The position numbers and the translations under genes were made by a program. From a virus: a stretch of 60,943 nt of DNA. The DNA lies in the IMG/VR virus record IMGVR_UViG_3300045988_155865, positions 1 through 60,943 of that record. One strand, written 5' to 3'. The notes under the pieces were generated by a model. The model made no database searches, had not been told where the DNA came from, and saw only the letters and a program-made list of their open reading frames with translations. Positions 46,751 to 59,952 of this stretch are shown here, in pieces (within the stretch, counting starts at the first letter, position 1; every line of letters begins with the position of its first letter).

Positions 46751-46915
46751 ATGGAACAAAAAGATTTACAAATTCTAGCAGATATTCATAATGCTTTACT
46801 TAATGTTGAGACAAAAGGAGAAAACACAATCATTATAGCGCAATGCTTAATGAGATTAAAGAATTTTGTTGAAAATAAAAGTAAAGAATTAAATAATAAA
46901 TAGGAGGAAGAATAA
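46751..46915 (+). CDS. Small protein (54 aa)
   Basis: AGAAAGGAGAAAA RBS. One internal TAG. TAA overlapping the next ATG. Confidence 0.35.
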
Positions 46916-49900
46916 TGAGTACTAGTAAATTATATCCTCCTGTATTAGAAAAAACTTTACCAGCGTTTTATGGAGACAGTATTGCTGTCTCCTATACTCT
47001 CAATAGGGCAACTGGATTTAATGATTTTGATGCTATTAAGCTAATAGTAAAATCAACAATTACAAATGAAGTTATTATAAACAAAGAGACCACTAGATAC
47101 ACCTCTAATTCAGCAAGCTTTTATTTTACGGAAGATGATTTAAAAGAGGTGTTCCCTGGAGGGTTCTATAAAATATAGTTGGCTTTTGTTAATAGAAATA
47201 ACAAAGGAGAAAAACAAATTGGATTTTATTCTAATGTAAGTATAGCGAAATATATTGGGGATATCCCAAATGTAGACGTAGAAGATGCTCTTGCAGATAA
47301 TGATATGTTCATTGGTACCTATGAGTGTAAAGATGATATAACTGAAAAATTATACTCCTATTCTTTTACTTTGTTAGATAATGATAATTAGGTAATTGAA
47401 GAGACTGGTGAAAAGTTACATAATTCAACTGGAGATGTTAGTACAAAACAAAGAGAATATTGGACTCCTACAGTTGCTTTAAATAGTGGGCTTGATTACA
47501 CAATATTATTTCATATTACTACTATTAATGGATATGAGTTTACACGCAAAAAATAGATTACTGCCAAAAAAGATGATTCTGGTTATATACCTCGTAATAT
47601 TGAATTATCTGCGGAAATGAATGAAGAAAATGGATATGTTAATATAAAAATAAGAAGTACAATTTCTGCAATTACAAAAACTCTTATTTATGGTAAATTT
47701 CGTATTTATAGAGCGTGTTCAAAAGATAATTATAAACAACGAACTAAAGTTGCCTATTTTTCTTTAGAGAATCAAGATATATTTGCGAAAGAATTTAAAG
47801 ATTTTACCGTTGAAGCTGGATATAAATATAGATATATTTTACAACAAGTAAATGATCATGGTATTCACTCTGAAGAAGTATGGTCTACAAATACTGTAGA
47901 GGCAAATTATGAGCATATTTTCTTATTTGATGGGCATAGACAATTAAAAATAAAATATAATCCAAAAGTTTCTAGTTTTAAAAACACAGTATTAGAGACA
48001 AAAACTGATACCATTGGAGGAAAATATCCTTTTATTTTTAGAAATCAAAATGTTAAATATAAAGAGTTAAATTTGTCAGGTCTTATTTCTTATAAGATGG
48101 ATGAATAGAATCTATTTTTAGATGATGCTGATATATGGCCGAATTTATAGCCGGGTTTAAGTGGTAAAGAAAAATGGACACATAATTTGACATATGATAA
48201 TATAACTGCGGAAAGAGTATTTAAATTAAAAGTATTGGATTGGTTAAACAATGGAGAAATTAAATTATTTAAATCTCCAACAGAAGGTAATTATATTGTG
48301 CGGTTGCTTAATGTCTCTTTGAGCCCAACCGATACGGTCGGCCGCATGCTCCATACATTTACTGCTACTGGATATGAAGTAGATGATATTAAAAATTATC
48401 AATTTACTCAAGAGCTTATTATTGATAAAACAAATAGATATATCGGATATAAAACAACTCCTTTATATGATTTTCCAAAAGCAAGATTATTAGCTAATTC
48501 TTCTGTTGTTATTGACAATAGAGAATATGAAATTATAGGCAATCCTAATCTTGAATTTGTTACAGGAGTGCATTTTGAAGATGTAAAACCATTAACTCCA
48601 TTTACAGTAACATTAGAGCGAAATGGAAAAATTTTCATTCATTCTTTCCGCATTGGTGCTACTGGGTTTTATGCGATACCATCTGAATTAGGTTATCATA
48701 TAAAACAAATTCGTTTGAAAAAAGAAAAATGGGAAGAAGGAGACTATGCTAAAGATATTATTAATAATAGAGGACAAGTAACTTATGAATATGAACGTCA
48801 AGCAAAGCATAATAATTTTAATGATATAACTGATATTTCTAGTAATATCGCTGTTGGCGCGCCTTTATATTCAACGGTAATTGAAGCAAATGTGGAAGAG
48901 GCTTTAGCGACTATTGATAATAATCCATTGTATGAGTATAATATAGCTGCAACAGATGAAGCATTAATTGAGATTGGATATTTTGATATTGACAATAAAC
49001 CTACTCTTTTATTAAAAGACATTGGATATATATAGGATGGAGCAGATAAAGATGGAAATCCTATATATAAAACTCCAGATGGCACATCTATATTAACACC
49101 TTCGAAAAATGCTGGTTATCATTACTCAAAAGGTGAAGCAATTCCTGTTTTTGAAACTGCTAAGAATCCTACTTTAACAATAAATGATAAAACTTAGAAA
49201 ATAACTTTTAATAATGAATTTACAGAAATATATTTTTTAGATTCTAACAATAATCCAAAGTCAATTTCTGCGACTTCTGGTTCAACGCCTTTATTTTTAC
49301 CAGTTTATGATTCAAAAGGGGTTTAGAGAATAAAACGAATAGTGGAAAAAAATGAGGGAGAATGGCAAAACCCTTATTGCTCATATTGCGCAAAAGATAA
49401 AGATTGTCCTAATGGGGTTTTTACAAACCCGATAAATGTTAATATATATAAAACTTTCCCAGTTACTTCTGTTGGTGATGGAGAGAAAACTATTATCAAT
49501 AATCAAAAAATATATCAAAATCTCGTAGCAAATAAGTATTATGACGCAACAAATATAGATGGAGAATATTATATTAAAGAAGAAATTTAGAATATTTATA
49601 ACTTAGATTTTGAATTAATTCAAGTCTTTTATGAAGAAGATTTGTCAAAAGAAGGTAGTAAATAGAATATAGCAATTGAAAATGCTACTGTTTCTTATGA
49701 AGATATAATAGAAAATAATGGATATGCTTATACTATTAGAAAAATAGGAAATATAAATAGGAAAATATCAAAAAAAGATGTCTTACGGACGTCTAAAGAA
49801 TTAATATATGATTATATTAGTCTTACAGAAAAAAATCCTAATTTTGCAAATAGCATAGCGGAATATACTTATATACCAATTTAGAATTTAGCTGATTAGT

Positions 49901-50415
49901 CTACTTTTTAGACTATATAGGGCATTTATAATTTACCTCCTTTGTCTACTGCAGAAACAATAACAGACTGGATAAAAAACAATCATCATTTATTGACATT
50001 TTTTGAAAAAAAAGAAACATCAATTAAAGGGGTTTTTCGCTATGAAGAAGTTTCTTTTCCTAATCCTAAAGATTTTAATTTTGATACTTCATAGTTATTA
50101 TTGCATCCTCGTTTACAAGGATATAATAACTATATAAAAGAAACTACCCCTCATGCAAATGAGGTAATAATAGTATTCACAGATACTCCAGATAGTATCT
50201 CACATATAGACTTAACGAATAGATTTTCTTATAGTATTAGCGCAGAAGCTTTAGGGCAAGATGACTTATAGAATATAGCTGCAGTTTATATGGGCAGCAA
50301 TGTAAGAGGATTTATGACTTATAAGAGAAAATAGTATTCTTATGAAGCTGTTTTAGACAATGGATTGACTATTAGTTTAGTGCCAGAAGAAAAATTAGAG
50401 GAGGGTGAGTCATAA
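46915..50415 (+). CDS. Large tail structural protein (about 1,166 aa); amber-recoded
   Basis: Track ORFs 46915, 47179, 47617, 48187 and 49342 are all in frame 1, separated by TAG. TAA stop overlapping the next ATG. Confidence 0.5.
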
Positions 50416-52940
50416 TGTTTTATGATACAAATTTTTTAAGACAATTAGACAAATATAGACATAGAGATATTTATGCTCGTATTACTCTTTTAACTTTTGA
50501 TGAATAGCCAGTTGAATACATAGAGGGGAAAATTACTGGAGGTTCCATTAATATTGATGGAACCTCTGCCCTTAGACGGACTTGTAGTTTAACTATGGTA
50601 TCTACAGATTTAAATGTTAATATTTTTGTATTAGGGTTAGAAAGAAAATTTATTTTAGAGATAGGATTAAAAAACAAGATAGATAATAATTATCCTGAAA
50701 TAATTTGGTTTAAACAAGGAATATTTGTTACCACTGGCTGTAACACAGCAAGACAAACAAGTAACTATTAGATTTCTTTAAGCGGAAAAGATAAAATGTG
50801 TCTTTTAAACGGAGATGTTGGAGGAACAATGCCTTATTCTGTTGACTTTGCAACACTAGAAGAAATAAGTGCTGATGGAACTACAACAACTTACACAAAA
50901 GTAAAAATTAAAGACATTATAAGAAATGCGGTTGAAGAATTTGGCAATGAATTTCCTTATAACATTTAGATAAACGATTTAGATGAAAGTGGTTTAGATT
51001 TAATGTCTTATCAAGGAGACGCTACTATGTATGCTTATAGAAACCATCCAGAGACAAATGATGCAACTTTTATTAATATGACATTTGATAATACTACTAC
51101 AGTATATAAAATAGAAAATGTCGAAGGTGTATATACAACTAGCCCAATACAAATAAAAGAAATTGAAGAATCTTGTTTTGATACTTTAACAGAATTAAAT
51201 AATATAACGCCTAAGTGTTATTTTAGTGCAACTAGCACTCCTTGGCTACCTGGTAAAAAAAATGTTGTAGATATTACGCAATTATTTTCAATAGTTAAAC
51301 TTACAAAAGGATAGGCCGTAGGATATCGACAAACAGATATTATATATCCTGGAGAACTTATTGCTAATGTAGGGGATTCTTTAACCTCTATTCTTGACAA
51401 AATTGTTTAGATGCTGGTAAATTATGAATATTTTTATGATATAGATGGACACTTTGTTTTCCAAAAGAAAAAAGCTTATATAACTTGGGGAGAATAGTTA
51501 AAATCTGAAGGAGAAACTAATTTAGAAAAATATTTTGGAAATAGTAAAATTGAATCAAGTATATTTTATAACTTTGAGGATAATGATTTAGTTATCTCTT
51601 TTAACAATGCTCCTGATTTAAGCAACGTAAAAAATGATTTTTCTATTTGGGGAACAAGAAAAGGGGTGTCGGGCTCAGAAATACCAGTTCATTTGCGGTT
51701 TGCTCTAGATCGAAAACCGCAATCATATACTACATTTAAACCAAGTAGAGTAAAAGCTAAATTAATAAATGAAGATAAAGACAATGATAATATAATTATT
51801 TATTATTAGTTAAACAAAAGCGATTATAATCAATATCCTTAGTACACTTATATAGCTGCAGAAGATGGCTCTTGGAAGATGACGCAAAAGCCTGATTCGA
51901 TAAATGGTTATAAAGGTATTATTTATTGCGATTGGCGAGAGATAATTTATTAGATGGCTCTTGATTATCATAAGTTTAGAGATACTCATAAAGATTTTTA
52001 TAAATAGGTTATTTAGAATAATCTTAATGAAAATGGTATGCCACTTTATCCGACCGGCCGCACTAACTATGAACAATACTATACAGATATTTTAGGTTTT
52101 TGGAGAGAAATATTTTCTCCTATTGAAATAACAAATGAACAGGATAAAAAAGGATTTTTCCGTTAGGTATTACTATCTCCAAGTACTTATAAAAGAAATA
52201 CTTATTATTTAAAACAAGACATAGGAAAGGAAATTGAAATAAAGGAGAAAAAAGCATTAGTGCCTTTTGATGCTGTTGATAGATTTCCTAAATATGTATT
52301 AGATTCATCTCGTTCTTTTAATGAAAATAAAATTTATTATGAATGTTATGAAGAAATAAAAGATGAAAATAAATATTTTATAAAAACAGTAGAAGAAGAG
52401 CCATATAATTTAAACTTTTGGTTTGATTTTCTTGACACTACTGGAGATTTAGGTAAGTATTCAGTGCGCGCTATTGGACAAAGGCCGAAAAATGTTAATA
52501 ATTCCAATGTTAAATCTATATATTATAGAGAAGTACCTAATTTTATTTTCGTAGATAATGCTAAAATAAAATTAGAACAAACATATGATTCTAGTGGATT
52601 AATAGAAGATAAAAAAATTACAGATGTATTAAATACTAATACAGCATATACATATATTTCTTCAACAACGGCTTTAGAAAATTGTTTAACAATTAGTACA
52701 CAAGGAGTTAGTGCTATGGATGAATTATAGAATTGTTTAAATGAATACACTTTTTGTAAAGAAAATACTACATTAACTACAATACCAATATACTATATAG
52801 AGCCTAATGTAAGAGTTTCTATAAAAGATGAACAGTCTAAGGTAGATGGAGAATATCTAGTAAATAAAATCACTTTGCCTTTAGCATATAATGGTACAAT
52901 GTCATTAAATGTAGTAAAGATTGTTGATGATATATATTAA
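50415..52940 (+). CDS. Tail-associated protein, possibly endopeptidase/Tal-like (about 841 aa); amber-recoded
   Basis: Frame 0 through track ORFs 51003 and 52260. N-terminus MFYDTNFLRQLDKYRHRDIYARITLLTFDE. Downstream of tape measure and distal proteins. Confidence 0.4.
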
Positions 52941-52966
52941 TGAGAAAAAGGAGGTTGTAATTAGCT

Positions 52967-53409
52967 ATGATAGATACTTTAAAAATAGCATAGTGTTTTA
53001 TCTATTATGGTAAAAAAGAACAAAAAGATGATAAAGGAAATGTAACAATATCTAATGGCTGGAATTATGAGGGGACATTAGATGGTATATTTTCCAATAT
53101 AAGCACAAAAGAGCATTCTTTTTCTGGAGAAAACTATAGTATTTATTAGCTTGGCATTTAGTCTGCGCCAGGCTTACGAGTTAATTTAGGATAGAACAAT
53201 GGAGAGATTAGGATTGGGCAAACAGGAATATTTGAATTAAATTTATCAAATTTGTCTCCTTTAAAAGGAACTGTTGTCTTATCGAATTTAGAGAGTGCAT
53301 TAGCAAATACCTATAATGATACTTTAGGAACTTTTTCTGGTAATTGTAATTACTGTTTAATAGATGTCATTTATGCGCAAAATGATGGGAAGGAAGGTGG
53401 TGCTGCGTG
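52967..53409 (+). CDS. Hypothetical tail protein (about 147 aa); amber-recoded
   Basis: AAAAGGAGG RBS. Four in-frame TAG. TGA stop overlapping the next GTG start. Confidence 0.4.
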
Positions 53410-55854
53410 AGAAGCATATATGGAACACGATCTATAATTCCTAACAATTATTATTTTACTTTTGATAAAATTTATGATAATGAAGCGACTGTAAAAAACT
53501 CTTTTGGAGATACTGTCTTAATAGGTAGAACAGTATTAGCTTATAGAGAGCATACTGTTTGGCTAAAAACAAATGCTGGTTATCTAAAAGTTGCAAAATT
53601 AGATAATGAAGGTAGATTTGTTTATTCTGAAGGATGTGTTTTATAGGATAATGAAGATATAGATAAGTTATTTTCTAAAGGCAATACAGAAAATGATGAT
53701 GGTATTTATATTGTAGATACTAAAAAACATACTATAAAAGGAACTTTCCCATAGCCTTATGGTGTTAAAAATGATACTTATAAAAATGACACTATATTTT
53801 TATTATAGTAGTATTCTACTGAGGCAGAAATCACTGAATGGAAAGAATTTATTAAAGATTAGGCAGCAGCTGAAGAGGCGCAAAGAGCAGGAGCTGTTTT
53901 ATATGAAGAAAATGAAAATAAAGTATTTGTTCCTGCGGTTGAATTAAGCCTAAGCACTAAAGTATATGCCATTCCGAAAAAAGCAACTGTAACATCGTTT
54001 TAGATTTTAACACACATAGGTGACGTAGCAGCAATAAAAGAAGATAATATAACTAATAGTGTAGATAAAAAATTATTAGAACATTCTAATAAGATTTTTA
54101 TAAGAAGAATAACCACAACTTTTAAACTATTTACAAAGGAAGATACTGCAGATTATACTTATAATTACAGCGATAAAACTAAAAAGTTTATTGCTACTGG
54201 AAAAAGTAAAGCTGAATCTATGAATTCTTATGTCGATTATATAAAAGCGGAGATAGCTTTAGAATAGTGGTAGGATTTATCAGAAAAATATACTGGTTAT
54301 TTAGGAGCTTTAAATGCAACAGGTTTTAATCATACAGGGGAAAAATATAACGATGCTTCTGGAAAATATTTAACTCTTGTAGATGCGATTAATTAGCTTG
54401 ATAAAGTAATTGGTTCAACTTTAACAAGATTTGAATCAAAAGCTTCAATTGCCGATGCTGCAGATGAGAAAGGTTAGTCTAATCTTGCTGGCGATAAAAG
54501 ACCTATTAATATTAGAGAAGCTGCTTTAGCAGATGCCATAGTTAGACATGATGCAGATATAGGCTAGATAGAAACTTTAGCTACTAGCTTAAATAATATA
54601 GATTTTACTAATGCAGATTCTGATACTAGTGAAAATAGTCTTGGAAATACTAAATTTACTGCTTAGTCATTAACCAATATGATTAAAATTCTTGATAAAA
54701 TTATTGGTACACATCGTAACATTAACGATTCTTATGATAATAGACCAGTTACATTAAAAGATACAGAGACTTTAGTCCAAAATATATAGCATAATAACGC
54801 TGATATTGGTAATATTGAAAGCGTTGATGGAGATAACCTTAAATTTGATAAAAACGTTGCTCCTAGCGATGATGCTACTACTGGTAAAGCCACTATAGAA
54901 TCTGCTACAGATGCAATAAAAGCATTAGATAATATTATAGGAGCTTTAACTATAATAACAAATTTAGATGAGGTTGGAAATAATAATAAGCTTGGAAGAG
55001 ATAATGCAACTGATTTAGTTAATGCGATTTCTATTTTAAAAGGATATATTGGTACTATAAATGATTTAAATGATGAGGTAAATGGTGTTGATTAGAATAA
55101 TTTAGTAGATGCTATTGAAGCATTAAACAAAATTATCGGAGATACTGCTGGAATACACGACATAGATAATGGAAATGATAAAAATAATATTGATGATACA
55201 ATAAATCCAAATTTAGTTTTATCAATTAATAAATTAGATAATCTAATAGGTAGTTTATCAAAAATTCATGCTGTAGATAGTACGAATGAAACAAATAGAC
55301 AAAACAACATTAAAAATAAAGACATCGTTTTAACAATAAATAAATTAGATTCTTTAATTGGAGCAATACAAGCACTACATAATATAAATGATAATGACAG
55401 AAACGACATTAGATTAGACAGTTTGACAGAAACAATAAATAAATTAGATAGTTTAATAGGAGGCTTAAACAAATTAAATAATACTCCTAATAATTTATCT
55501 GAATAGAATGATCGCAAAAATCTTACAACCGCGATTAATAAATTAGATCATATAATAGGTTTATGGTCTTCAGAAGGTTGGCATCAAAGTTTAAAAGGTT
55601 CTGATTCGATTGATGAATCATCTTTTAATGATATAGTATTATACCTAAGAAATGTTGATTAGTGGTTACAAAAACTTTAGGAAAGTAAAGTAAATATAGG
55701 AACATTTAACACCTGGATAGAATTAATAAATAATCTTGGTGAAAATATGGATATCCTAGATGCAAATGTTACTACTTTATATGAATGGATAAACAATTCT
55801 GATAACACAAATTCGGGATGCAATTCTATTAATCTTACTTGGGGAACATTTTAA
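53407..55854 (+). CDS. Tail fiber protein (about 815 aa) with internal NKLD-x-LIG repeats; amber-recoded
   Basis: Frame verified codon by codon over 53644-53823 (includes a TAG-TAG pair). Repeated INKLDNLIGSL / INKLDSLIGAI / INKLDSLIGGL / INKLDHIIGL modules. TAA stop plus terminator. Confidence 0.5.
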
Positions 55855-55865
55855 TATTTTATTTT

Positions 55866-55908
55866 TAAGGGAACTAAAATTTTTATTTTAGTTCCCTTAA
55901 TTTTTTTT
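55866..55908 (+). terminator. Intrinsic terminator after the tail fiber
   Basis: aagggaactaaaat-tttt-attttagttccctt plus a T-run. Confidence 0.75.
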
Positions 55909-56018
55909 GTCCTTAAAAAGTGGTAATTTTTTGGGTTTTTTACGGTAAAAAATTACCGTGAATTTTCATATATATACGGAAGGGTAAAGATAAAAAAATA
56001 GAAAAGGAGAGATATAAT

Positions 56019-56426
56019 ATGTATCCACAACAAACACCTCAAATGAATTATGGTAATTATTACCAGTAGCAAGCTGTTCGTCCTACTCCAATAGTTCCTC
56101 AAGGATTAAAAGGAAGACCTGTTAGCTCATTAGATGAAGTGCGTGCGGCAGCAGTTGATTTTGATGGTTCAATTTTCTATTTTCCTAATTTAGCCAATGA
56201 TACAATTTATACTAAACAAATTAATTTAGATGGAACTTCTTCAGTACGAGTTTATGAATTAGTAGAAGCACCTCCTACTACGCCACCAGTTCCAGTAGTA
56301 GATAATTTAGTAACAAAAGATGAATTTACTAAAACCATAAATAGTTTATTAGAAGAAATTTCTGCCCTAAAAGGTAAGTCAGCGCCGGCCGCATAGACGG
56401 CCCCACCGCAAGAGTTTAATTTTTAA
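56019..56426 (+). CDS. Hypothetical protein (about 135 aa), Pro/Thr-rich linker plus coiled tail; two TAG
   Basis: AAAAGGAGAG RBS. MYPQQTPQMNYGNYYQ-TAG-QAVRP... Confidence 0.4.
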
Positions 56427-56444
56427 TAAAAAGGAGAGATTATT

Positions 56445-56678
56445 ATGAATCCAATGCAAATAATTCAAATGTTAAAAAATGGCGGAAATCCACAACAAAT
56501 CGTTATAGGTATGTTAGAACAAAATTCACAAGATAATCCTGTCCTTGATAATTTGTTATCTTTAGCAAAAGAAGGAAATACATAGGAGATAGAAAATTTT
56601 GCTCGAAACATGCTAAAGGAACAAGGAAAGGATTTTGATAAAGAATTTAATTCCTTTAAGCAAAGCTTAGGGTTTTAA
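56445..56678 (+). CDS. Small protein (77 aa); one TAG
   Basis: AAAGGAGAG RBS. Confidence 0.35.
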
Positions 56679-56712
56679 ATAAATAAAAAATTTTTATAAG
56701 GAGGAAAAACAT

Positions 56713-57579
56713 ATGTTTAATGGAACAAATGGTTATAGCCTATCAGATATCGCAGCTGTAACAGAGAGTGGTAATCGTAGTAACAGTGGAAACGGTATGT
56801 GGGGAGATGGCGGTGCTTGGTGGATCATCATCTTATTCCTATTCGTATTCTGCGGCTGGGGCAACGGAGGCTGGGGAGGCTTCGGAGGAGGCAATGGCAC
56901 CGGACTTCAAGGAGCTTTAACTCGTGCCGATCTTTGTCAAGATATGAACTTCCAAGGCTTAGAAAATGGAGTTCGTGGAATTCAGCAAGGACTATGTGAT
57001 GGTTTCTATGCTTAGAACACTAATATTTTAAATGGCTTTGCTGGAGTACAGAATTCATTGGCTACTGGCTTTGCCGGTGTTGATAATGCTGTATGCACAT
57101 TAGGTTATAATACGCAGCAAGGATTCAACACAATGAATGTTGCAAACTTACAAAGCACAAACGCGATTCAATCTGATATTAATGCTAATACTGTTGCTGG
57201 TATGCAGAATACTAATTCGCTTCAGGCTCAAATCGCACAATGCTGCTGCGAAAACAAAGCGGGCCAAGCTGACATAAAATATCAGATGGCAACAGATACT
57301 TGCGCAGTTCAGAATACGATCTAGAGCACAACAAGAGATATAATTGACAATAATAATGCTAATACAAGAAGCATTTTAGATTTCTTAGTACAAGATAAGA
57401 TTTCTTCATTAGAGTCAGAAAATCAAAGCTTAAGACTTGCAGCGTCACAGTCTGCTCAAAATCAATATTTAGTTAATGAACTAAGACCTTGTCCAGTTCC
57501 GGCTTATGTAACATGCAACCCTTGGGCTGCTTCATATGGCTTCAACAACTATAATGGATGCGGTTGTGGTTGCAACTAA
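56713..57579 (+). CDS. Gly/Asn-rich single-pass membrane protein with Cys-rich C-terminus (about 288 aa); amber-recoded
   Basis: GDGGAWWIIILFLFVFCGWGNGGWGGFGGGNG TM/Gly segment. C-terminal NPWAASYGFNNYNGCGCGCN. Track ORFs 56713 and 57058 share a frame. Confidence 0.45.
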
Positions 57580-57615
57580 TTAACGAAAACTCACTATATT
57601 GGAGGTTGAAAGAAA

Positions 57616-58038
57616 ATGGCTGAATATACAGCAAACGCCTTACAAACAGTTGGCGTAAATCAAAATGTTTTACTTACAGACGAACCTGTAAAAGGAAATT
57701 GCTCCATAATCCATAGAGATGGTAGTGGTCTTGTTACTCTGCGCGGCATTACTAATCAATGTCGCGCGAGATTCCGAGTTTATTTCAATGGTAATATCGC
57801 TATTCCTACTGGCGGAACTGTTGAATCTATTTCTCTTGCGATTTCAATAAATGGAGAACCAGTAGCGTCTTCAACAATGATTGTAACTCCTGCTGCAGTT
57901 GGAGAGTTTTTTAATGCCGGTGGTAGTATATTTATCAATGTACCTGCTGGATGTTGCGCTTAGATTAGCGTAGAAAATACGAGTACTCAATCAATTAGTG
58001 TTTAGAATGCTAATTTAATTGTAGAAAGAGTTGCGTAA
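57616..58038 (+). CDS. BclA C-terminal/C1q-TNF-like jelly-roll domain protein (about 140 aa); one TAG near the end
   Basis: LRGITNQCRARFRVYFNGNIAIPTGGTVESISLAISINGEPVASSTMIVTPAAVGEFFNAGGSIFINV is characteristic of the exosporium BclA-C-type domain. Confidence 0.4.
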
Positions 58039-58052
58039 GGAGGTAAACAGAG

Positions 58053-58613
58053 ATGGAAAAATTAAAATCTATGAAAGAATGCTTAATGTCTTGCGCACAG
58101 ACCTAGATGGGTAATCTACAAGGAGTAGATACGAAAGAACTTGGAGAAGTAATTGATATGATAAAAGATCTAGAGGAAGCTATCTATTATTGTACAATTA
58201 CTAAAGCTATGGAAGAAGATAACGAGCATAAAAATAAAGAAAGTCATCATTATTATACGGAAAGAGTAATCTACCCAAAAGATGAATATAATAGAGATAT
58301 AGATAGAGAATATGGTAAAATGTATTACACACCAAGCAATGGAGGTAACAGTACTACTACCACAAGTTCTCCTCGTTATTATACAGAAATAACAAGAGAT
58401 GAAAAAGAAGGCAGAAGTCCTATATAGAGAAAAATGTATATAGAAGCCAAAGAAAAGCATCAGGATAAAGCTACTCAATTAAAAGAACTTGAAAAATATA
58501 TGAATGAGTTAGCTAATGATATGACAGAAATGATCGCTGATGCCTCTCCAGAAGAACGTCAATTCTTTGAAAGAAAATTATCTTAGCTAGCAACTAAAAT
58601 AAGTCATGTTTAA
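58053..58613 (+). CDS. Hypothetical protein (about 186 aa); amber-recoded
   Basis: AAGGAGGTAAA RBS. Three TAG. TAA stop. Confidence 0.4.
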
Positions 58614-58929
58614 TATGAATGGATATAGGTGGGAAGTAATAATTACTTCCCCATCTCATCCATGTCTTAGACGTTCTAATGGCTCATATGCACTTGGCTC
58701 TTGTGACAATAATTGCAAAACAATATATTTAAATGAATTTATTCCTACTGATAAATTACTAAAAGTTTTATGCCATGAGATTACACATGCGGCAATGTTT
58801 AGTTATAATGTAAATTTAAACTTAGATTAGGAAGAACTAATTGCAGATTTAATAGCTACGTATGGAAAAGAAATAACATCGACCGCAGATAAAATTTTTA
58901 AAAAAATATCAAAAAAATGGGGTGCTTAA
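58606..58929 (+). CDS. Small HExxH zinc-metallopeptidase-motif protein (about 107 aa); one TAG
   Basis: VLCHEITHAAMF (HExxH). Overlaps the upstream stop. TAA inside the terminator stem. Confidence 0.35.
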
Positions 58930-58946
58930 TGCACCCCGATTTTTTT
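58919..58946. terminator. Bidirectional intrinsic terminator
   Basis: ggggtgc-ttaa-tgcacccc flanked by A7 and T7 runs. Confidence 0.7.
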
Positions 58947-59403
58947 ATAGGTTATTATGGTATTTTATTTGAACATCTTCATATAATCTATCTCCATCGT
59001 GATTTCCTCCCAATGAATTATATGTGTCATGCTCTGAACTAATCATATCCCATTCTTTTGAAGTAATTTCATGATCTTCTTTTAATAACTTATGACAATC
59101 AGTCTTAAAACTTTTTCCTTGAATACAAAGGATACCATCTCTTAAAATGTCTAAATCAGTTTCTAAACAATTTATTTGTTTCTGAAGATGTTCATTTCTT
59201 CGCTAAGATTGTTGCTTATGGTCTTGAATTATATCTAAAACTTCTTGATTAATAGAATCTTTTAGAGTATCATCTTCTTCTTGTCTAATATGTTCCTATT
59301 CTTTTTTATATAAGCTATAAAATTTTTTTGCTAAAAAGCCAGTTCCAGTAGCAATTAAACCAAAGATAATTTCAAGCCAGTATTGAACGATAAAAGTTAT
59401 CAT
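58945..59403 (-). CDS. Membrane protein with N-terminal TM helix and coiled-coil (about 152 aa); two in-frame TAG
   Basis: GGGAGGTTGAAT RBS. MITFIVQYWLEIIFGLIATGTGFLA, then K-rich coiled coil. Could be a lysis or regulatory membrane protein. Confidence 0.4.
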
Positions 59404-59475
59404 AATTCAACCTCCCAACTTATACTGTCAATATCTTTAATTTTAGAGAGGTTAATATTATTTAAAATCGCCCAG

Positions 59476-59952
59476 TTAATCCCAGTTAAAATCTTCTTGT
59501 AATTGAGATTTATAAGTACCTATACAAATAGCATCACTTTCATCTTGAGAAACTTTTAAACCATATTTGTTTTCAACAAATTTTTGCGCGTTTCGTTTTT
59601 GTTCCTCTCGACGAGCTCCTTTTATACTAAGCTTTGATTTCCATACTGCCGCAAGCACTGCAGAATTTGGTATATTACGCTCTTCTAATACTTCATTTAA
59701 TACCCCAAAAACTTCTGCTAAAGCTTTAAAAGTAGTTACATTACCACCTTGCATTTGGATATCTTCAAAAATAACTTCATCTATATTGTAGTCTTCAATT
59801 AATTGTAGAACTTTATTTCTTATTTTTACTAATCGTTGTCCTATGTTAGAATCTGTAAAAGTAAAAATTCCACTTTCTACAAGACCCCCATCTTCAAAGA
59901 CAGCCCAACCTGAAGTCCTTGAACTCTAGTCTAATGCCAGAAGATTAGCCAT
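59476..59952 (-). CDS. RuvC-like Holliday-junction resolvase (about 158 aa); one in-frame TAG
   Basis: MANLLALD-TAG-SSRTSGWAVF (RuvC motif I-like) and C-terminal DESDAICIGTY (catalytic Asp motif). Confidence 0.55.

Noticed and set aside
22504-57000. Short alternative-frame ORFs inside late genes (22504-22692, 34456-34647, 38498-38767, 48408-48638, 48798-49085, 56799-56999, 58170-58478)
   Set aside because: They are embedded in long, motif-bearing recoded frames on the same or opposite strand. These are spurious.
12994-58929. Interpreting the TAG-interrupted genes as pseudogenes or a degraded prophage
   Set aside because: Interruptions are exclusively TAG, frames are preserved over kilobases, RBSs, promoters and terminators are intact, and TAGs fall inside conserved motifs. 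Decay would scatter TAA, TGA and frameshifts.
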